From assembly GCF_900770955.1 (NCBI RefSeq), contig NZ_CAAGLX010000021.1:85631-109630 (forward strand): a stretch of 24,000 nucleotides of DNA, read 5' to 3'. Below, in pieces: positions 10,628 through 16,030 of this stretch. This DNA is from an uncultured Phascolarctobacterium sp. GTDB lineage: Bacteria; Bacillota; Negativicutes; Acidaminococcales; Acidaminococcaceae. Below the pieces are notes generated by a model. The model searched no databases, had not been told where the DNA came from, and was given only the letters and a program-made list of their open reading frames with translations. Position 1 is the stretch's first letter; each line of letters opens with the position of its first letter. The position numbers were made by a program, and so were the translations under genes.

Positions 10628-10894
10628 ATGTTAACTAGCGAAGCTAAACAAGCAGTAATTCTGGCAAACGCACGTCATGAAGGTGACACCGGTTCTTCTG
10701 AGGTACAAATCGCAGTTCTGACCGAACGCATCAAATATTTGACCGAGCATCTGAAAGAGCACAAAAAAGACCATCATTCCCGTCGCGGCCTGTTGAAACT
10801 GGTAGGTAAACGTCGTGGCCTGCTGAACTACCTGGCTGGCAAAGACATCGAGCGCTATCGTGCAATCATTGCTAAACTGGGTATCCGTAAATAA
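10628..10894 (+). CDS. rpsO: 30S ribosomal protein S15
   Basis: [69 protein letters not shown]; AGGAGG ribosome binding site. Confidence 0.98.
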   Translation: MLTSEAKQAVILANARHEGDTGSSEVQIAVLTERIKYLTEHLKEHKKDHHSRRGLLKLVGKRRGLLNYLAGKDIERYRAIIAKLGIRK

Positions 10895-10909
10895 TCCGGT
10901 TTATGCTGA

Positions 10910-10939
10910 AAAGTCCGTCCGTAAGGGCGGGCTTTTTTT
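10910..10939 (+). terminator. Rho-independent terminator of rpsO; may also act on minus-strand transcripts
   Basis: GTCCGTCC gtaa GGGCGGGC followed by ttttttt; the reverse strand also ends in TTTT (GCCCGCCC ttac GGACGGAC TTTT). Confidence 0.8.
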
Positions 10940-11138
10940 GTGCTTGTTTTACTTTCCGGCAATTTATTTATTTTTTTGTTTAGTGAAGGTCAGATAGTCA
11001 CTTTGTTAAACCAAGGTTTAGAAATATCAATTTTTATACTTAGGGTTATCTTGACATTAGCCCCCAAGTTTGGAAGGTTAGAGATGCCTTCTATGTGCCT
11101 TACGAGTTTCATACCTAATAGCTCAAGAACCAGTTACA

Positions 11139-11170
11139 CCACCGCTCTAGACTAAAGCCTAAAGCAGTGG
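11139..11170 (-). ncRNA. Strong hairpin in the putative minus-strand structured RNA, 3' of the small ORF
   Basis: Minus-strand RNA CCACUGCUUUAG-gcuuuagu-CUAGAGCGGUGG: 12 continuous pairs including 2 U-G wobbles. The wobbles become A-C mismatches on the plus strand, which points to minus-strand transcription. Confidence 0.55.
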
Positions 11171-11176
11171 TATAAT
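11148..11176 (+). promoter_or_regulatory. Putative antisense (plus-strand) promoter reading into the 3' end of the small ORF
   Basis: TAGACT (11148-11153), 17 bp, TATAAT (11171-11176); a second TATAAT lies at 11182-11187. Confidence 0.4.
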
Positions 11177-11207
11177 AATAGTATAATGGTCTTAGGAACT
11201 CAGGTGC

Positions 11208-11339
11208 CTACTTGCAATCGCTAAAACATTCAACGATTATTATTGCCAAAACCGCACCCAGGCAAGATGCAGCAGCAATAACTTCATTGAAGAATAAAGC
11301 ATCCAGGTAGGTGCCGAGACCTATCAAGATGAATTCCAT
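11208..11339 (-). CDS. 43-aa hydrophobic small protein, candidate membrane peptide or type I toxin-like
   Basis: Absent from the supplied track (too short). ATG at 11339, TAG at 11210-11208: MEFILIGLGTYLDALFFNEVIAAASCLGAVLAIIIVECFSDCK. GGAG at 11352-11349 with 9-nt spacing. In-frame alternative ATG at 11348 adds MTS. Confidence 0.5.
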   Translation of the reverse strand: MEFILIGLGTYLDALFFNEVIAAASCLGAVLAIIIVECFSDCK

Positions 11340-11388
11340 AGAAGTCATCTCCGTTCTTCCAAAGACGAGTGTATTTTAACTGAATGAA

Positions 11389-11451
11389 CCCCGTTTCGTC
11401 TTAATCTTCCAAGACTCATCAGCGCCGTTTATCGTTAATCGGCGGACAGGA
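11389..11451 (-). ncRNA. Type III hammerhead ribozyme
   Basis: Minus strand 5'-UCCUGU-C|-CGCCG-AUUAACGAUAAA-CGGCG-CUGAUGA-GUCUU-GGAAGAUU-AAGAC-GAA-ACGGGG-3'. Invariant CUGAUGA and GAAA present, GUC cleavage site (C17 = 11445). Stem I CGCCG/CGGCG, stem II GUCUU/AAGAC with the conserved G10.1-C11.1 pair, stem III UCCUGU/ACGGGG with A15.1-U16.1. Confidence 0.93.
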
Positions 11452-11463
11452 AAAACTAGAATT

Positions 11464-11501
11464 ATGCCCCTTACTAGACAATAAAATCTAGCAAGGGGCA
11501 T
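11464..11501 (-). ncRNA. Long hairpin immediately 5' of the hammerhead
   Basis: Minus-strand RNA AUGCCCCUUGCUAGA-uuuuauug-UCUAGUAAGGGGCAU: 15 bp with one G-U; the plus strand would carry an A-C mismatch. Confidence 0.6.
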
Positions 11502-11572
11502 TAAATTTATTTGGACCTCCAAAACAGTGGCTAAAGTCAAACCACCGGGGGCGGAAACGCAACCCTAAAAAA

Positions 11573-11601
11573 TATATTTTTATATATTTTCCTTCTGTCA
11601 A
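11573..11601 (-). promoter_or_regulatory. Putative promoter of the hammerhead/small-ORF transcript
   Basis: Minus-strand TTGACA (11601-11596) followed by an A/T-rich run containing AATATATT. The -10 assignment is ambiguous: 17-nt spacing gives AATATA, 19-nt spacing gives TATATT. Confidence 0.35.
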
Positions 11602-11641
11602 AAGTTACCTAAAATTTTCAGATAACTTATCAAAACAAAAA

Positions 11642-11674
11642 TAATCGCGCCCGCTTTATTTATAGACGCGATTA
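11642..11674. other. Inverted repeat of unknown function
   Basis: TAATCGCG (11642-11649) / CGCGATTA (11667-11674), 17-nt loop. Confidence 0.4.
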
Positions 11675-11716
11675 ATTGCTTATACAGAGAGAGCAATAGA
11701 ATTCCATCGTTATAAT

Positions 11717-11766
11717 AAAAATAAGGATTCACTTCCGATTTACTTGCGAAGTGAATCCTTATTTTT
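11717..11766 (-). terminator. Terminator for the XRE regulator gene, possibly bidirectional
   Basis: Perfect inverted repeat AAAAATAAGGATTCACTTC (11717-11735) / GAAGTGAATCCTTATTTTT (11748-11766). Confidence 0.8.
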
Positions 11767-11968
11767 TGTTTGTTAAGCCTAAAATGTAATCCGTGGATGT
11801 GTTATGAAATTTAGCCAAGGCAATGAGTATATCTGTCGGTATATCACGCTCGCCTTTTTCATAGTTGCTGTAGACTCTTTGTGAGCAGTTAAGGATTTCA
11901 GCCATTTGTGTTTGCGTCATATCCTTGTCCTCACGTAAGTCGCGAATGCGCTGATACATTGTTATCAC
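11759..11968 (-). CDS. XRE-family helix-turn-helix regulator, 67-69 aa
   Basis: MYQRIRDLREDKDMTQTQMAEILNCSQRVYSNYEKGERDIPTDILIALAKFHNTSTDYILGLTNKK, a canonical HTH_XRE sequence. Confidence 0.9.
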   Translation of the reverse strand: MITMYQRIRDLREDKDMTQTQMAEILNCSQRVYSNYEKGERDIPTDILIALAKFHNTSTDYILGLTNKK

Positions 11969-12182
11969 CCAATAACATTATAGAAAGAGATGGCACTTCA
12001 ACTTGCTATTTAGCGCAAATTGCGCTAAAATCAAAATAGAAAAGTATTAGCTTGCTAATACGCCAGGCAAAACACACTCGATGTGTGCTTTTGCTTGACT
12101 GGGGGGGACAACAGTGTATCATTATAATAAGTTATTGACAAATTTTTAATACATGAACAATTAACGGAGCTGACTTGGGAAA

Positions 12183-15100
12183 ATGAAGTTTATTAACAAT
12201 GTTAATGAAACATTAAGAGATGATATGGCCGCAGAAATGAAAAAGGGCAGTAAGCTGTCTATCGCTGCTGCCTATTTTTCTATCTATGCGTTTGAAGCGT
12301 TGCGCAAAGAACTGAGTAATATCGACGAATTGCGTTTTATTTTTACTGATCCTACATTTATTCAGAAGGAGAACAGCAAAAAGGAAAAGCGTGAGTTTTA
12401 TATTCCTAAATTAAAGCGCGAGCGTGGCATTTACGGTACGGAATTTGAAGTGAAGCTACGCAATGAATTGAACCAAAAGGCTATTGCCAGGGAATGTGCA
12501 AATTGGGTTAAGAAGAAGGTTATGTTTAAATCCAATGTAGGCAATAAGGATATTACGGATAAGTTTATTTTGCTGGATGACAAGGCATATTTTCCTGTTA
12601 ACGGCTTTACAACCGTTGATTTAGGCTGTGAGCAGGGTAATAACATGGGAACTAACATCGCGAAGGTTGCAAGCCCCATGTCGTTGACGCTGATAGAGCA
12701 GTTTGAAAAGCTCTGGCAGAATAATGAAGAGTTACAGGATGTAACTGACAAGGTAATAAGCAGTATCAGCTCTGCTTATAACGAAAATGCTCCGGAGTTT
12801 ATATATTTTGTGACGTTATATAATATTTTCCATGAATTTCTTGACGATATCAGCGAGGATGAACTGCCGAATGAGCGCACAGGCTTTAAAAACAGTAAAA
12901 TCTGGAGCATGCTCTTTAATTTTCAACGTGATGCAGCGCTTGGCATCATCAACAAGCTGGAAAAATATAATGGCTGTATTTTGGCAGACAGTGTAGGCTT
13001 GGGCAAAACCTTTACGGCTTTGGCTGTTATTAAATATTACGAGGGGCGCAATAAAAGTGTGCTTGTTTTGTGTCCGAAAAAGCTGGCAGACAACTGGAAT
13101 ACCTATCGTGCCAACTACAAAAATAATCCTATTGCTGCAGACCGTTTAGGTTACGATGTTTTGTATCACACGGATTTGCTGCGTAAGCATGGCTACAGCG
13201 GTTCCCTTGATTTAAGCAAGATTAACTGGAGCAATTATGATTTGGTCGTTATAGATGAATCGCATAATTTCCGTAACGGCGGTGCGTTTAGTGATGACGA
13301 AAAAGAAAATCGCTATACGGTGCTTATGAACAAGGTTATTCGCGAGGGTGTGCAGACAAAGGTGCTGATGCTTTCGGCTACGCCGGTAAATAACCGCTTT
13401 AATGATTTGAAAAATCAGCTGCAATTAGCCTATGAAGGAGATAGCAGCAAAATAAACGATAAGCTGGATACGAAAAGCTCGATTGAAGATATTTTCCGCA
13501 ATGCGCAGGCAGCATACAACCAGTGGTCGAAGCTGTTGCCGGAAGAGCGTACCTTGCAAAAGCTGTTGGAGCATCTGAGCTATGATTTCTTCACGCTTTT
13601 GGATTCTGTAACTATTGCGCGCTCGCGTAAGCATATTACCAAGTATTACGATACCAAAGATATCGGTAACTTTCCGGAGCGCAAAACGCCGCTGTCTTTC
13701 CGTCCTGCGTTGGTTACGGATGGCTCGGTAAATTACAGCGAGATTTTTGCCAAGTTGGATGAGCTGGAGCTTTCGGTGTATACGCCTACGGAGTTTATCC
13801 TGAACAGCCGTCAGCAAAAATATGCAGCACTTTTTGACGATAACAAGGTTAATACCGGTTTCACGCAGTCGAACCGTGAGCGCGGTATTCGCCGCTTAAT
13901 GGCGATAAATATTTTGAAGCGTATGGAAAGCTCGGTGTATTCCTTCAGGCTGACTGTTATAAGAGTACGGGCGAGAATCGCTGCAGTTTTAGATAAAATT
14001 TATCGCTATACACAGCACAGGCTCGCAAATGCACAGATTGAATCAGGTGCGGATATAGACACAACTGATTTTGATATGGAAGAGGAAAGCTTTACCGTAG
14101 GCAAAAAGGTGCCTATTTCGCTGGCAGATATGGATATTGTAAGCTGGGCAAATAGCCTGCAGCGTGACAAGGAGCGTTTGGATGAGCTGCTTGGCCTGGT
14201 GCAGGGCATAACGCCTGAGCAGGATAATAAGCTGCATGAGCTGCTGACGCTTATTGATAATAAAATTCAGCATCCTCTGAATGCAGGCAATAAGAAAATT
14301 ATCATCTTTACGGCTTTTACCGATACAGCACAGTATCTTTATGAGCATGTAAGTGCTTATGCCAAAGAAAAATTTGGCCTAGACACTGCTATGATTACCG
14401 GTACAGTTGATGGCAGGTCTACAATTCCTGAATTGAGATGTGATTTTAACACCGTGCTGACCTGCTTTGCGCCTTTGGCCAAGGATAAAGCGCTGTTGTT
14501 CCCGGAAGATAACAATGAGATAGATATTCTGATTGCGACAGATTGTATTTCCGAAGGCCAGAACCTGCAGGATTGCGATTATTTGGTTAATTACGATATT
14601 CACTGGAACCCGGTGCGTATAATCCAGCGCTTTGGGCGTATTGACCGTATTGGCAGCAAGAACGCTTATATTCAACTGGTCAATTTTTGGCCTGATGTTG
14701 ATTTAGATGAATACATAGATTTGAAAAGTCGCGTTGAAAGCCGTATGAAGGCGGTGGATTTGACAGCGACGGCAGATGACAACCTGCTGAGTAATAATGA
14801 AAAGCTGGATTTGCAATACCGCAAGCAACAGCTTAAGCAATTGCAAAAAGAGGTTGTTGATATCGAGGATATGGGTACAGGTATTTCCATCATGGATTTG
14901 GGCTTGAATGAATTCCGCCTGGATTTACTGGAATATATCAAGACGCATGGCGAGCTGGATAAAACACCCTTCGGCCTGCATGCCGTTGTACCTGCGAGTG
15001 AGGAATGTCCTCCGGGTGTAATTTACGTGCTGAAAAACTGCACGGATAACATAAATATAGACAGAAAAAATCTTCTGCATCCGTTTTACGCCGTATATAT

Positions 15101-15419
15101 TGGCGAGGATGGCGAGATTATCTGCAACCATCTGGCGCCGAAAAAGCTGCTGGACAAGCTGCGCTTTACCTGCCGTGGCAAGGACAAGCCTTTGACGGAT
15201 TTGTGCAATGAGTTTAACAAGGTGACGGATGACGGCAGAAATATGGGTGTTTATTCCCGGCTTTTGGAGGATGCTATTGCTTCCATAATCAACGTGAAGG
15301 ATGCAGACGATGTGGACAGCTTCCTGAGCGGTGAGGAAATCAGCTTCTTTGACAACAGTATTAAAGGACTGGATGATTTTGAACTGATTTGTTTCCTCGT
15401 TGTGCGGGGTGAGCAGTGA
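12183..15419 (+). CDS. SNF2/SF2-type helicase-like protein with a PLD-nuclease-like N-terminal domain; candidate defence component
   Basis: Walker A LADSVGLGKTFTALAVI; DEAH-like VVIDESHNFRNGG; C-terminal helicase IIIFTAFTDTAQYL, VLIATDCISEGQNLQDCDYLVNYDIHWNPVRIIQRFGRIDRIGSKN. N-terminus LSIAAAYFSIYAFEALRKEL...LRFIFTDPTF...DKFILLDDKAYFPVNG resembles a PLD-like fold. Confidence 0.85.
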   Translation: MKFINNVNETLRDDMAAEMKKGSKLSIAAAYFSIYAFEALRKELSNIDELRFIFTDPTFIQKENSKKEKREFYIPKLKRERGIYGTEFEVKLRNELNQKAIARECANWVKKKVMFKSNVGNKDITDKFILLDDKAYFPVNGFTTVDLGCEQGNNMGTNIAKVASPMSLTLIEQFEKLWQNNEELQDVTDKVISSISSAYNENAPEFIYFVTLYNIFHEFLDDISEDELPNERTGFKNSKIWSMLFNFQRDAALGIINKLEKYNGCILADSVGLGKTFTALAVIKYYEGRNKSVLVLCPKKLADNWNTYRANYKNNPIAADRLGYDVLYHTDLLRKHGYSGSLDLSKINWSNYDLVVIDESHNFRNGGAFSDDEKENRYTVLMNKVIREGVQTKVLMLSATPVNNRFNDLKNQLQLAYEGDSSKINDKLDTKSSIEDIFRNAQAAYNQWSKLLPEERTLQKLLEHLSYDFFTLLDSVTIARSRKHITKYYDTKDIGNFPERKTPLSFRPALVTDGSVNYSEIFAKLDELELSVYTPTEFILNSRQQKYAALFDDNKVNTGFTQSNRERGIRRLMAINILKRMESSVYSFRLTVIRVRARIAAVLDKIYRYTQHRLANAQIESGADIDTTDFDMEEESFTVGKKVPISLADMDIVSWANSLQRDKERLDELLGLVQGITPEQDNKLHELLTLIDNKIQHPLNAGNKKIIIFTAFTDTAQYLYEHVSAYAKEKFGLDTAMITGTVDGRSTIPELRCDFNTVLTCFAPLAKDKALLFPEDNNEIDILIATDCISEGQNLQDCDYLVNYDIHWNPVRIIQRFGRIDRIGSKNAYIQLVNFWPDVDLDEYIDLKSRVESRMKAVDLTATADDNLLSNNEKLDLQYRKQQLKQLQKEVVDIEDMGTGISIMDLGLNEFRLDLLEYIKTHGELDKTPFGLHAVVPASEECPPGVIYVLKNCTDNINIDRKNLLHPFYAVYIGEDGEIICNHLAPKKLLDKLRFTCRGKDKPLTDLCNEFNKVTDDGRNMGVYSRLLEDAIASIINVKDADDVDSFLSGEEISFFDNSIKGLDDFELICFLVVRGEQ

Positions 15420-16030
15420 TGTTAGGCTTACCGCAGACTACAGAAGTTAAGAAGATTATCCCTAAACGTGCCTTATACAGCAAGTTTGAAATGAATACAG
15501 CGGAGCAGAAGGAGTTTGACGCAGCCATCAGGCAGATGAGCATTGTCAACGAAATTTCCTTGCGTACAATTCCTGCTTTGCAGAAAAAAGAAGAGAACAA
15601 AGCAATCTTTGTTCTTGCCGTACAGCTGAAGCAGGAGGGGTGCGCGGAAAGGCTTTTGCAAAGGCTGTGCAGGCTGATTGACCAGCGCTTGCTGTTAGCG
15701 CTTTGCTATGAAGATAAGCTGCAGCTGGCACTGTATTTCGATAACAGAATATTGCTCAATGAATTTATGCTTGCAAGCGAGCAGCAAGTGCACTTGCAAG
15801 GCACAAGCCTAAACGATATTTGGGAGCACTTAGCTCTGCAGGTGGCGCAATTAACGCCACGTGCAGGGCTTACACCTGCTTCTGTAATTGCCAACGCCGG
15901 CAGGCGGGCAGAAGCAGAAGCACAGATAGCAGCGCTGATGAAGAAAATGTTTGCGGAAAAGCAGGCACGCAAAAAACTGACCTTGCGTGAAGCAATAAAC
16001 AAGCTGAAAAAAGAACTGGAGGATTTATAA
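15416..16030 (+). CDS. DUF4391-like protein
   Basis: MLGLPQTTEVKKIIPKRALYSKFEMNTAEQKEFDAAIRQMSIVNEISLRTIPALQKKEENKAIFVLAVQLKQEG..., overlapping the helicase stop codon and placed between helicase and mod. Family assigned from recalled pattern and context, not searched. Confidence 0.65.
   Translation: MMLGLPQTTEVKKIIPKRALYSKFEMNTAEQKEFDAAIRQMSIVNEISLRTIPALQKKEENKAIFVLAVQLKQEGCAERLLQRLCRLIDQRLLLALCYEDKLQLALYFDNRILLNEFMLASEQQVHLQGTSLNDIWEHLALQVAQLTPRAGLTPASVIANAGRRAEAEAQIAALMKKMFAEKQARKKLTLREAINKLKKELEDL

Noticed and set aside
10940-11155. 71-aa plus-strand ORF (MLVLLSGNLFIFLFSEGQIVTLLNQGLEI...) after rpsO
   Set aside because: No convincing ribosome binding site. It begins in an A/T-rich stretch after the terminator and runs antisense to the structured minus-strand RNA region; no recognisable domain.
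11464-11501. Hairpin interpreted as a simple intrinsic terminator
   Set aside because: No immediate U-tract on either strand (minus: AAUUCUAGUUUUU, plus: UAAAUUUAUUU), and it directly abuts the hammerhead. A weak terminator role cannot be fully excluded.
10985-11601. Paired hammerheads as in retrozyme/LTR-type repeats, or a second self-cleaving ribozyme
   Set aside because: I looked for a second CUGANGA...GAAA set on both strands of the region and found none. Circularisation by twin ribozymes is therefore not supported within this window.
11161-11760. Retron or group II intron
   Set aside because: No reverse transcriptase ORF nearby, no recognisable domain V, and no convincing msr/msd architecture.
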